The notes under the pieces are model-generated. The model was not told where the DNA came from. It made no database searches and saw only the letters and a list, made by a program, of their open reading frames with translations. A DNA stretch of 61,953 bases, filler included. It is 12 parts of 12 records of this genome, joined end to end, with 100 filler letters (N's around TTAATTAATTAA, not from the genome) between each part and the next. Parts side by side here need not be neighbours in the genome. Positions count along the whole stretch, not along the records: positions 44,798 to 54,715 come from SRR7504441_64418; positions 54,816 to 61,953 come from SRR7504441_64426; 10 more parts are not named here. One strand, given 5' to 3'. Both the position numbers and the translations under genes were made by a program. Below, piece by piece: positions 49,738 to 61,953 of the stretch (position 1 is the stretch's first letter; every line of letters begins with the position of its first letter).

Positions 49738-50329
49738 TGTCCGGCCCGGCTCAGCCGCTTCAACGGACGAACACCAGCCGAATAAAAATTTGTAATTTTA
49801 AATAAGTATTTTAAGCCGCTAAACAATAATACATTGGCACCAACACTGCTTGGACGTTGCTTCACTTGCTTGCTTGCCTGTGCTTGTTACCGAGGTGGAC
49901 GTAGCAGGTTCGGTTTTGCTCTCATAGTTTGAAGCACCGAAGCACCCCCATGATCGTCTGCTAAACTGGAGAGTGAACCGGAGGCACCAGGTACATGTAG
50001 CAGATTGTGGGAATCTGACTTGAGCTCAAACAGCTTTGATTAATTTTGCCTTTGAGGATCTCAAGGGAGCTACTGCGAAAGATATGGCGCATTTGATCAA
50101 GGAGTATGCCGATGAGCTCCAGAGCGAGGCGGTAAACAATGCCCAAAGTGGCATGCTGGGAGCTTTGCTTGCAGGAAGGATGCCAGCAGCAGAGTGAAAA
50201 TGTTAAGCTTCCCCCCATTGCGCCACGGTCTTGCCTCGCGCCAATCAAACGTGTGCATCGCTGAGTTATTTGTGTTGCCAGCAAACGTGCCAAGGACAAA
50301 AGTCTTGCAGAGCAAAGCAAACACAAGGC

Positions 50330-50932
<603 letters not shown>

Positions 50933-51214
50933 TCAACCAGCGGAGTGTAGGCAAGTACATCACAGCGTACGATGACACCCCAGAGCACACCTGCCTGCTC
51001 TCGTTCGACGCGCACGGGAACGGTGTAGCGTGCAGAGGAAGCAGCGGGCGGTGAGCGGCGCTGACTGGCCGGACTGATCAGGTGCGGCAGGCCATGGTTT
51101 ACTCTCGACGACACGGCGGCAGCCATGTACGTTGCCTAGGACCAAAAACTTGGCCCTGGCGCGCTCGCCCACCAAATTGGCTGCCTCCAGACACTTGGAC
51201 GGCTGGTTGACCAC

Positions 51215-51781
51215 ATGCTTACCTCGCTCAAACCCGGCATGAATCACCCCCTCGCTCTCGTCTGTGTATCGGTTCTCTCGTCTGGGGGCGCCGACCTCGT
51301 ACTTGAATTCCCCTTCGCAAAAGAAGATCGCCGAAGGCCGCTACCTGCCATAGTTGATAAGGTGTATGATGAGGTGATCTCAATGTGCGCTGATGCTGAG
51401 CAGCTTCTGTGCGTCTGCTTGGTTGGTTCGTGGATCCCGGAATCAACTCGGATGGAGAGGGCCTGTGAAGAGGCAAACGGGATTCTCTACAAGGTCTACG
51501 AGAATCAGAAATCCACTCCAACACAGAAATCTCCGCCATTGACAGGGAATTCTGCAGTAGATAAAGGATTGAAATTGCCATATCGGCTGGCACGTTACGA
51601 CTCTACAAAGCAGAAGCTGATCCAACAGCGACATGGGATCAAAACAGTACCGGCATTCCTATTTTACTACAACAATAAGCTATTGGCGGTCACCAAGTAC
51701 TGGAACACTTCAGGAAGGACGCGAAGAGATCTCTTCATTGAACTGGACAAACACAAAGTGAATGGAACCAGGATGAAGTAG
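51215..51781 (+). CDS. Thioredoxin-like fold protein lacking CxxC (possibly partial)
   Basis: HGIKTVPAFLFYYNNKLL cis-Pro-like motif; intronless, lower GC. Confidence 0.45.
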   Translation: MLTSLKPGMNHPLALVCVSVLSSGGADLVLEFPFAKEDRRRPLPAIVDKVYDEVISMCADAEQLLCVCLVGSWIPESTRMERACEEANGILYKVYENQKSTPTQKSPPLTGNSAVDKGLKLPYRLARYDSTKQKLIQQRHGIKTVPAFLFYYNNKLLAVTKYWNTSGRTRRDLFIELDKHKVNGTRMK

Positions 51782-52513
51782 ACTTGTTGGACTTGTAATG
51801 TTCTCAATCAATCAAAGGTCTTTGATCAGTCTTCCTTGGATTGATTGAACAGTACACAGAGACCTAACACAGACCTAATTTAACAAAGACATATTAATAT
51901 GTCTGTATTGTGCACACCCTATGAGGGCTTACAATAGGTTTACAATGCTGCCCGCATTATGCTTTGAACAAAATTAATTAATAATTATTAATAGTTGAGC
52001 ACCACCCGGTCCGGGGTCTGGCCCTTTGTTGTGACCGTGCAGGAGACGCACTCGACCCAGCAGCCCAGGCGCTCATCCATCCCGGGGTTATCACGCATGG
52101 GACTACATGTATGAAAATTAAATGATGGAACTAATAAGTCACTTCTTAGTTACTTCTCTTGAAAGTGGAGAGCAGAGATGAGCTCGTAACTGCTCGTTAT
52201 TGATATTGTCGATCGTGACGGTTGTGGATAATTATGCTTAAATTATGCTAACGCCGAGGTTAAGAACTTTAATTAAATAAAATACTGAAGGTTGCGGACG
52301 CGGTGTAGATTCTTTAATTACTATTCACAGAAGTGACAAAAGCAATTTCAAGAAACTAATAAGTACTTGAAGAACGTAGGTACGCAGTAAGTAGAAGGTT
52401 CCACACTTCTTGTATATAAAGTACATGTGAGGAGCTTGGTGTCAAAATTAAAGAACTCATATCGTAGCTGCAGCCTCATTCCTGTTGTGATGACCAGTTG
52501 CATCCCAATGAAG

Positions 52514-54715
52514 TCACTCTGCAATCGTAACTGCACCGAGGATCTTGTCCTCTGGTATTAGGCTCTCGTCTCCAAAGAGAATGTCAACTTGTCTGCCACC
52601 GTTGTTGTCAAGTTAAAATCGGAGCCAGTCAGGGAAGGATACCCAGTGGTGGCTTGGACCAAATTCAAGGTCTCCTGGAAGCTGAGGGCAGGGCACCAGG
52701 TGCCGTTGACTGTGAGCACCACCATTCCGATTTTCACCTTGCCCTTCAAAGCCTCCTCACCTTTGATCATTATCACCCTCGCCAACCTGCACAAGTTGAT
52801 TGAGTCACAATTAAATCGGCCGATCACGCACTTATCGTTGGCAGTCTTGAAATTGGCGGGCTCGAATGAGATGCCAAGATCCGAAGTCTTGAACCCAACG
52901 CAGCTGTACTGGGCGCATCCGACACGAGACCGCTGCTTGTCCTGTCACCGGATCATTCAAGCCAGCCACGCGCAGCCACTCACCGTTTCCGGGTTGTCTA
53001 CGACTGGAGCAGGAGCTTGCACAACGCCAGCTGCATTAGGCAACATCTCAACCGTTTGCGAGCGTGCTTGAAGCACTAGTTGCAACTTACCACCATACTG
53101 TACTGCTTCGAGCAGCCGCTGAGCGTAGGCAGCTTCTGTCATTCCGCTGCTCTCAACACGAGCACGGAGGTGCGCGTTCCAGCGGTTCCGAACACTGAGC
53201 TCAGTTCTGCCATTGATGCCTTTGGCAATCGTGGACCAGCAGTTGCCAAGCTCTGCATGCTTTGAGAGGAGCAGACCTGCACAAAGCTCAGAAGCGCACT
53301 AGAACTCGACAGACCGTCTTCCTCGAGCGAAAAGGGCAATTTGCGCACGTTGGGGTCCAGATGTGTGTACCAGCGGGCGCGGCACTGCTTGCCGTTCTTG
53401 AAAGGGAAGGAGAGCGCGATCTTGGACCAGGCTCGAGGCCCGCGCCGCTCGACCAGCTGCGCCAGCAGCATGTCTTCTTGCTGGGTGAAGAAGCAAGGCG
53501 AGTTGCGCTTCCGGCTGCTGTTGGGTTTTTCGTCCTGCAAGCCGGGATTGTTTTCAGCAATCAAATAGCGACTGCACCTTTGGCAAGCCGCCCTGACTGG
53601 CCATCGCAAGCATCGCTTCTGCAACCTGGGCAGATAGCCAACTCAGATGCGAGCGGCCCGTGGTTTAGACTCACATCGCCGACAGCTTTGGCAAGCTGCT
53701 CAGAGGTCTGCGGCGGAGCCTCGGGGTCATCAGCCGCCCCAGACTGCAAGTGCGTGAGCTGAGAGCCCGATGGGCAAGCACCTGGGCTGGCGGCGCCCCA
53801 TTCGTCTCGGTGCCGTTCGGCTGCTCCTTGCCATCCTGTCACGCCCCAGATTACATGCATGCATGCATGGCTGCGCTAACTCGTCAATCGACACAATGCA
53901 CTCACAAACGACCGATACAGAGCGATAGGGTTGATGCTACTAGCAGCCCGATCCCAACACCAGGGCGTGCCGAGCCAGGAACGGCTCCCAAGGGCCCTGA
54001 ACCTCCTCTTGTTTGTGTTAATGGGTAAACAAAGCTCCAACACCGACCAAGGCAAGGGGATTCGGACAGTCCTATCTGAGTGCGGCCCACCTGAGACGCG
54101 CCGTTGGCCTGGATCCCATTCTGATCCAACTCGTCCCCGGCGAGCCGTTGGAGCGGGCTGGGCTGGTGCCGAACCCTCTTGTTGGGGTACACCTGTCCCG
54201 GAGCAAAGCGCTCAAGAGCTGACTGAGCCCATCCCCCTAAACCAGGACTAGGAAATAAGCTCGGCCGGTACCGGGCTCATCCGGGAGCCGGCGGCCATCT
54301 CGTACTGCTCGAATTCCTCGGGCTGGATGTCCGCTTCGCCGTTGTTGAGAGTACCCGGCGAGTTCTCCTTGGCGAGCGGGGAGCGCTTCCGGCTGGCCTT
54401 GGCGCCTGGCCATTTCAGGTGAGGCGCATGATGCCCGATCACGAGGCCCAGAGGCGGCGGCACCTCGCGGAGATTGAGACTTGTCCTGACGGAGGTCCTT
54501 GTCAATCTTCCAATGGGACGCGACTGCGTTCTTGCACGATGGATGCAACGAAAGCCTCATGGCTTTGTCCAACTCCTCGAAACTATCCTCTCCGAAGCAA
54601 GCCGTCTGCCGCGCCGAGCCCACGCTGACAGGCTCCATTGGTCTCTGCAACCGTTCGACCCCCTTGCCACGGGCGACGACGCGAGCGAAACGGATTATCT
54701 ACGGACAATACACAC
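52514..54715 (-). CDS. Two-repeat Myb protein with C-terminal PDZ-like domain (5' end uncertain)
   Basis: FTQQEDMLL...WSKIA...GKQCRARWYTHLDP and FSLEED..LLLSKHAELGNCWSTIA...GRTELSVRNRWN. Spliced in frame to FKTSDLGISF...VKIGMVVLTVNG...LSFQETLNLV. Confidence 0.75.
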
Positions 54716-54819
54716 NNNNNNNNNNNNNNNNNNNNNNNNNNNNNNNNNNNNNNNNNNNNTTAATTAATTAANNNNNNNNNNNNNNNNNNNNNNNNNNNNN
54801 NNNNNNNNNNNNNNNGAAC

Positions 54820-55942
54820 ATGGAGCACGAGCGGTGCGGTCTGTGCCTGTCACTGCTGCCGGACCAGCTGACCAGCTGTCGGATCCCCTCGGACCAGCGG
54901 GAGGCCTCGGCCCACGCGCTGCTCAGGCTGCTGCTGTTCGAGTCGGAACGGCGCGACCGGTTCTTCAGTTACTGCGAGACGGTGCGCCGCCCGCTGGCGG
55001 TGTTCAGGCCGGCGGCAGGCCGGGGAGGTGTCGCTCGTGCTTGATGACAAGGACCTGGCCCAGCTCCGGCCCGGGGCGGTCCAGATCGACGAGGGGGGGC
55101 ACTGGCGGGCGCTGCGGGTGGCGGACGGCGCACTCGGCGGCCAGGCGGTGGTGCAAGCCATCTCGGCCCCGCTGGCTCGAGAGCGGGTCTCGGTGCTGTA
55201 CGTGTCCACCTTTGAGGCCGACTACATTCTGGTCCGGGCGGCCAGCCTGGGCCACACGCTGAGCACGCTCCGGGCGCACTTTGAGCTTCTGAATGACGAG
55301 GAGCTGGAGGGTTTGGACTCCCCCGGCCCGTCAGAAGCCGCCCCGGCCGGCGAGCTGCTGCCACACTCACACCCGGTGCTAGTACCCAGCCGGCCGCACA
55401 CGCTGAGTCAGATAGAGCGGGACTCCCTGGCCAACCATGCGTACATGTTGCTCCGCCTGCTGCTTCTGGACAGCTGCACCGACCAAATGAAGCTCCTCTC
55501 GATCACAATCACCGAGGACGAAGTCTCGATCGTCCATCCGACCGAGGCGCTCGCTGGGGTCGGGTTGAGCCGCAGCTCGCTCGACAACACGCTCTCTGTG
55601 AGCGACGGGGAGTGGACTTGTGCTCAGATTGGGACATCGCCGCTCGGCTTCCTCGAGACGGGCATTGTGGCCAGCACGTCGGCCCAGCTGGCGGCCGCGG
55701 ACGTGTCCATGTGCTACACATCCTCCTACTCGTTTGACTACGTGCTGATTGCGCCCGGTCACGCCGAGCGCGCTATTCCAGCTCTGGAGTCACAATGGCG
55801 AGTGATAGACGAGGCTCAGTACGAGCCGCCGGAGCCGCCCGGGGAGCAGGAACAGCTGGCAGCAGAGCCAGAGTGCCCGGCCGAAACAGATACCGAGCCA
55901 GCCGAACCGGAGGCCGAGCCAGCGAGCTCCCCGCCAAGCTAG
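54820..55942 (+). CDS. CASTOR/GATS-like four-ACT-domain amino-acid sensor
   Basis: RFFSYCET, ISAPLARERVSVLYVSTFEADYILV and PLGFLETGIVASTSAQLAAADVSMCYTSSYSFDYVLI. One 37-nt intron. Confidence 0.85.
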
Positions 55943-56151
55943 CATACACATCGTGATTAATTTTGAAGTTAAACATTAATTTGGGTCATTGTATACTTTA
56001 TTGTTTAGACTCTTTGCTCTACTGAATAGTTCTCTCACGAGCATAATGGCTCGTTAATTCAAGTATAATAATCTTGCATAGGGGCGCAAGGTCACGGGTC
56101 ATCGGTGGCTGGATTCAGTGTGTCCACTGGAATACAATCCTCGATGCAAAA

Positions 56152-57722
56152 CTACAAGCAATCAATCAAAGCCTCCACATCGAGCACGCAGGCCTGCACA
56201 CGGCACGTCGGGCAGCTCGTTTGGCCATCTTCTCGCAACCACTTGGACAAGCACTCGAGGCACCTGTACCCTCCGGGCTAACCGGTCGGGCCCGCAAGCC
56301 ACGCACATGCTAGGCGCGCAGAGGCACTCGCGCCCTTGCGAGCCTCGAATCTTAACTTGCGCCCCACTCCCACACACTGCGCCAAGAGCTCAGCGCACCG
56401 CGCCGCCCGCCCGCGTACTGGTCATGCACTCTAGACCGGGCTCCGCCAAATAGACCTGCCCTGCGGCCCTGGCTGCAGCCATCTGGGTCCGGAGCTGCCC
56501 GAGCAGCATCTGCTGGACCCCCCGCTGCTGCACCTATTCCAGATTTCAATGCTCGGCCGGCTCGGGCTGCCGGCCTGCAGCCAGGCCTGCTGCCGCCGCT
56601 CGAGCACTTCTTGCACGGAGGCGAACTGTTCAGTCGTGATCCTCACCACCAGCGACTGCCCTCGCCGGACTACAAACTGCGATCGGGCTCAGCGGCCAGG
56701 TCGGGCCCTGAGCGTGCCTGGACCCCGAAGATCTGCGCGTGCTGCTCCGGGTGTGCCAGCAGCTGCACGCTAACCACATCCGACAGGTGGATCACCTGGG
56801 ATGGGGGCGTCAGGCAGGCTCGTCGCACACTCGCGCCTGCATTGCAGCACTCGACAGATTTATCACCCAACTCCTGGTGACGTACAGTGCGCTTTCGGCG
56901 GCCACGGCCTCGGCGGCGGCGTGCTCACCCCGAGCTAGCATGTCGTCATTGATGGAGCGGATCACAGCCTGGGGGCTCCGGTTGTACACTGCAAGCGATT
57001 GGACAAACTCTGACGTCCCCGGGAATTTGAGCGCGAGGCAGTGCCGATGGCACCGAACCAGGCAGAAGCCACACAGCCCCATGAAGACTAGCCCAGCCAG
57101 TACGCTAGGCAGGGCCCTCTGGGGTGGCCAACTGCCCTCGGCCTCGAGTAGCCATTCAGAGAACTCCGGGTTGTCGCTGAAGTCGTACCCGGCGTTGCTC
57201 GCAGACACGACCAGCCCGCGGACCGGCCGGGACTCAGTGTCCTTGGTCCGGCTGCGCACGAGCATCCTAGACCCACTGTCCCGCACCAGCCGGGCCTGGA
57301 ACAGGCTGCCCGACACCGGCGCCGAACTCAGCTTGAACAGGTGGAAAAACTCGTCCCGCCTGCGCGCGGCTCGGCCGGGGCCATCGGGCGGGGGACCAGC
57401 CGGTGTTGAGGTCGCGCAGCTGCCCCAGCTCCAGCTCGGCGTACCAGCAGCTGCCCAGCTCGGCTACCGAAGACACCGGGGTGGGCCCGGTGATTAGCAC
57501 CGCGCGCATCAACGGGGCCTGCAGGCCGAACAGCCCGGCCGCGAGCAGCCCGGCCAGGGCCCACTTGGCGGCGACCTGCAGGCTGATGCGGGCGATCTGC
57601 CACTGTGCGAATTGAGGGCGCGGGACCAGCCAGCTGAGCAGCGGGTCTCGGTAGCTCTGGTAGAGCCAGCACAGCCCGCCGAGCCCGAAGCAGAGCGCAC
57701 AAAACCCGGCCCCGGACACCAT
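56152..57722 (-). CDS. TMEM129: TMEM129-like ER membrane E3 ubiquitin ligase
   Basis: N-terminal TM segments, LYVTRSWVI, and C-terminal C.CAPSM...CLECLSKW...CPTCRVQACVLDV RING after splicing. Confidence 0.75.
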
Positions 57723-58777
57723 ACTGGGTGGAGAATCCTCGCAGGCGTGGCAGTCAGCCCTAAGGGCAGGGCGTCAGCCGTTATGTCCGGCGACTGAGAT
57801 CTCTGCAGGTGTCGTTGAGAGATGACGCCGTGAACGCGGTTTGCGACTGCTGCAACATACGCGCTGCAGCCATGTGAGTGTTTCCTGGCAGCTCCGGCTC
57901 GTGGGCGTTGTGCCTGCTCCCTCAGGCCATCCCCATAGCCGGCTCTCCCTCATGTGCCTCGCCTCTGCCGCGGCTCGATGGTCTGGCGCCGCGGGCCCTG
58001 CCCCTGGCCGCTCCGCCCTCAGACTGGCGCCCTAACCCTATTCCCCCGTTATCGGCGAGCACCTCTGCGTCTGCGGCCGAGTTTGTGCGGCGCCTGTAGG
58101 TTTATGAGCTGCTTGGCCATATAGGACCACGATCGTGATTGATTGCTCTTTGCATTGCAGAATGGTGTTCGCGACGACCACTCAGATGTGGAACGGCCCC
58201 ATGTACCCGACGGCGATGGGGCCGCGCCCCGGTCACCGTACTAGCAGTGCTCCGCCTAAAAGAGAGTGCGGTGGTCCGGGTCAACCGAAGTGCCCGCCGC
58301 CAAAGATGCCAAAGACCTTCCGTGGCACGTGCACTTACACAGACAAAGCCCCCGGCTCTGATATTGTGCGGCCGGACAACAAATTTGTCATCACGTGTGA
58401 CAAGCCCGCCGCGTAGGCAGGTCTAAACCTGTTAGAGCATTGATCAGCACCTGCGCCATCCCGGCACGGCCCTCGTCAGCGGTCCGCATCAGTGAACAAA
58501 TGATTAACACGTATGGTACGTACGTAAACAAATCAAGCCGTTAACAAAATAGCAAATAAACTTGTAAGTAAGTATATTTAGTACAAGAAGAAGAAGAAGA
58601 AGCGAGATGAGGCCGGTGAGGCCACGCAACGTTGTGACTAATCCTACTACAGCTGTCGCTCTTAAGCTCATCTAACAAAACTAACATTAGTTACTCGTAT
58701 TAAGGTCTGCGTCTGTTGGCCAGCGGGGTCCCGAGGTGTTGAATATAATAATTGAGTGCCCGAACCCTATAAAAGTT

Positions 58778-59712
58778 TTAATGTCCCGTTGTGATGCTCG
58801 AAAAGGGAACCCGGAGGTACCTGGCACTCACATGTCCCGATTCCGCTCCGGAGGGGCCGAGCCCTGTGCGGTACACCATGTGAAGCGCCTTTGTGGCATT
58901 GTCCGCAAACGCCGACACGTAGCTAAGCTGCTTGTCACGGCCCGTACCATCGAGCTGCCGGTAGCCCCGCCACGTCATCGCCCCATCGCTTGACACCATC
59001 ATCGCCACCAGTTGCCTCTGTCTGTTAGGTTGCGCTCTTCAGACCATGTGACCCCGCCGTTGTTTGATTTGCGCCATACTCGAAGGGCCTGTGCACGGCT
59101 AACTCCTACAAAGTAGGTGAGCACGATCCAGCCGTCATCCAGCACTGCAGCCCCAGGATTCGCTCGGGATGGCGCTTTGGAACCTGGCGGTATCGCAATC
59201 GGGGTGCTCCAGCAGTCTCCTCCATCTGAGGATCGCTGAATGGTGATGTTCGAGGCGCCGACATCGCCGCTCTGGGACTGTCTCGAGAGGAAGAGGAGGA
59301 GTTCGGCACCCCAACGCACCATCGTGCCTTCACTGATGCGAGGGTAGGAGCTGTTGGCCGCCTGGATAATGCTGCCTGTGGGGGTGGGGCTCCAGGGATG
59401 CGTGGTGACGGTGACGATGTTGGAGCAGCTGGTGCTGAACTCCACGCACACCTTGTGACGGTATGACGACCCGTTTCCCAGCATACCAGCTGACTCCCAG
59501 CTGCTGGCGCGTGTCCAGCCCAGCACCATCCATCGCTGGGCGTCCTGGCCATCCAGCGTCCGCCACACCTCCCAGCGCGTGTGTTTGGGGTAGGTGTGCT
59601 GCCACTGCAGCACCGCGCCCGAGACATCGATACGGGTGACATTCAGTATCACTGAGGCGCCACACAGCACAGTGCAGCATAGGATGAGGTGAATCAACGC
59701 GGCGAGGGGCAT
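58778..59712 (-). pseudogene. Secreted FN3 + Asp-box (BNR/sialidase-like) protein, frameshifted or internally deleted
   Basis: Signal peptide, FN3-like segment, and Asp-boxes SSDGGDCW and SNNGGVTW. A third Asp-box SSDGAMTW lies in a different frame near 59000. Confidence 0.55.
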
Positions 59713-60033
59713 TTCGCCCAAACAGCCAACGGCAATGCAGTCGACGCGCAGAGCACTGCGTCGCCGGCGGGCACACTGAGGGACGTTCACACTCCCGACA
59801 CTCCACGGGCTAGGCACGGGCGGACGGGTCCCGCTACCTGCTCCTGGGTCCGCTTTTTTTTTTGTCGGCCCGACTGCAGTCACTGCACAGGCTTATTTCC
59901 ACAACGTGGCCACCTGTCCACCACGCGTTGATTCACTTCCGCGTGCCTTCAGGAATTAATATCAAAATAGAATAAACAGTTTGATGAACAGATTTTATCA
60001 AATACGATCTGAGCCTGAACGCTCGGATAATGC

Positions 60034-61083
60034 TCAGAAGCATGCCATGGCTGGTTTGGTAGCCAGCGCTTGCACGTGCGTGGGTGAGCAAATCCCGACT
60101 AGCACCTGTGAGCTCGATGAAGCGAGTCGGAGGACAGCTGGAGCTGGTAACCGCAACACGATGGCGGTAAAAGTCTCCTGGGGCAGTCTGAGAAGAGGCG
60201 CGGTCTGATCCGGACCTTGACCAGCATTCACACACCACTCCATCGCAGCTAGCGTCGCGCAATAAGGTCGCGTGATGGCTCTATCAGAGAGCTGCTGAGT
60301 GAAGGCGCAGAGCAGATCCTTCACTCCCTTTCGCAGCGCGGGGTATCTTTGTATCGCGATACTCAAATCAGATCCCAGCTGCTGAAGGAGCTCTTCGCTG
60401 AAAATTCGTGGGAAGCAGCTCTGGTCAATGAAGTAGTTTGATAGCACCGGCCAGTGCTTTTCAAAGGATAGAGGGTCGCAAAGGGCAGTGAACGCAGAGC
60501 CACCCAAGACCGGCTTGTCAAGGGCTCTGAGGCCTTCGGAAGGCAGTTGGGTCATATCCTGGCCATGCAGGTCGAGGATCACCTTTTTAAAAGGCAACGG
60601 CGTGAGCGTCTGCTCATGTTCGCTGAAACACTGCCAGGTGGTCACAACTGCGTGAGCTCGGTTAAGTGCTGTCTTCCGGCCATCAAAAAGTGCAGTCTCC
60701 AGCTGAGCGAACCGGACGAGCTCCCTGGCCCATTTGGCTGCTGTCTCGCGGCAGCAGGTGATGACCAGAAACTGCCCCCTTACGCCCTTGCGGGCTAGGT
60801 AGGACAGAAAGCCCACGACCGGCCAGAAGCCATTCTGCCACGAGGAGACGTACGCCGAGCACAAGGCATTCTCGAATGAGGACACGTGAAACACGGTGGC
60901 CTCCAGCCTGTGCGCGGAAGGGGCGAATCCACGCTCCCGGAGCGTTTCGGCGCCGCACCCCCGCTCATCCAGGACCTGTCCACCGGGATGTGTTTCTTCG
61001 GTCTTGTGGATGAAGCCGGCGTACAACCCGGCGAGCTGGGCCAGCCGCGCATTCACAGGCCCTATCCACTCGGGATCCGCCAT
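60034..61083 (-). CDS. Degenerate SNF2-N-like domain with C-terminal F-box-like motif (intronless)
   Basis: FLSYLARKGVRGQFLVI...WARELVRFA...VVTTW...FKKVILDLHG, then LLRLPQETFTAIVLRLPAPAVLRLAS. Confidence 0.55.
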   Translation of the reverse strand: MADPEWIGPVNARLAQLAGLYAGFIHKTEETHPGGQVLDERGCGAETLRERGFAPSAHRLEATVFHVSSFENALCSAYVSSWQNGFWPVVGFLSYLARKGVRGQFLVITCCRETAAKWARELVRFAQLETALFDGRKTALNRAHAVVTTWQCFSEHEQTLTPLPFKKVILDLHGQDMTQLPSEGLRALDKPVLGGSAFTALCDPLSFEKHWPVLSNYFIDQSCFPRIFSEELLQQLGSDLSIAIQRYPALRKGVKDLLCAFTQQLSDRAITRPYCATLAAMEWCVNAGQGPDQTAPLLRLPQETFTAIVLRLPAPAVLRLASSSSQVLVGICSPTHVQALATKPAMACF

Positions 61084-61233
61084 TCGGTCCTGCGCAGGTG
61101 CTGGGCGTCGTACGTGCCCGCTGGGCTCGGGGAGGGTGCGGCCGACTGCTGTCTCTCGCCCTACTTGCAGCGGGGCTCTCCGCGATCCTCAGTGGCGGGG
61201 CGAGATTTCAATTCTTCCGTTAGATCTAGATCG

Positions 61234-61853
61234 ATGTCCGCGGATCAGTCCTCTCCCGGGAGCTACGACGTCTACCCATACCTGCCGCTGGCTGGGGTGC
61301 TGCGGCCGGCCCGGCGGGCTCATACGGCGGGCAGGTGGACCGGGCGCTGGCGGCCCTCACTCCGACTCCGGCCCAGATGTGGGCTCACCCAACTCGGCTG
61401 CTGCTGGTGCGCGTCCCGCCCGACCGCACGACCGGCCGGCAGGTGTACGCGCTCGGCTTGGGGATCGGGGCGGTCGGGTTCCGTTGGGTGCCGTCGGCCG
61501 GGCTGGTCCGGTGCCGGGCCGGGTGGGCAGACCGGGCGCAGGTGTTGTCTGTGGCGGCGGGGGCGGTGTTGGGCCTCACACGGTGGCGCTTGGTGCGCCG
61601 GCTGACCGAGTTCAACGGCCAGGCTGCACCTGTGCGGAGTGCTCGGGCTGGCAGCTGTCACGGGGTTTGGGTTGGAGGCGCGGCGAGGCTAGCGGCCGGG
61701 GCGACTGCGGCCGCAGGTGGGTCGGCGGCCCAGTCTGGGAAAGCTGGGCTACCAAGCGATGTCCGGGAGCGTAGGGTTGATGACGGGGCTGCTCTGGATG
61801 CGGGTGGGCCCTGGCCCGAGGGCGGGCTGACCGGGCGGGCCAGGTGTACTTGA
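61234..61853 (+). CDS. Hypothetical small membrane protein (multi-exon)
   Basis: ATG at 61234, hydrophobic exons separated by intron-like segments of about 38 nt. Confidence 0.4.
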
Positions 61854-61953
61854 TGTTCTCGCTTGGGTTGCCGCTTTATCACGACATGTTGATCAGTTTG
61901 CCTCGTTGGATGGTGCAAGCACTTCCGCTATGGGCGGTCGAACGATAGAAGCT

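Noticed and set aside
58135-58416. Small Cys/Pro-rich ORF
   Set aside because: It could be the last exon of a small secreted protein, but no family or reliable gene model can be supported.

Overview
Eukaryotic (protist-like, GC-rich, gene-dense) nuclear DNA. It is not one locus: 12 short contigs are joined by 11 artificial 100-nt linkers (N-runs around TTAATTAATTAA), so gene neighbourhood across linkers means nothing. Genes are split by very short (about 35-44 nt), GC-rich spliceosomal introns with GT, frequent GC and possibly one GA donor. This is why the six-frame ORF track fragments most genes, and I spliced the models below by eye. Recognisable genes are a UPF1/SEN1-like helicase, NOP2, a LolD/MacB-like ABC ATPase, malate dehydrogenase, GLRX3, DEX1, NVL, a leishmanolysin-like M8 protease, a papain-like protease, a mitochondrial-type MinD, NOSIP, a CASTOR-like ACT protein and TMEM129. 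The most unusual signals are domain fusions: an RNase H1 hybrid-binding domain on a SMARCAL1/ZRANB3-type translocase, a multi-EF-hand actin-related protein, Myb-PDZ, chromo-LysM-FN3, and an Ig-fold/IPT/ankyrin protein with NF-kB/Spt23-like architecture. I recognised no rRNA, tRNA, CRISPR array or intact mobile element. No searches were run; family calls come from motif recognition.
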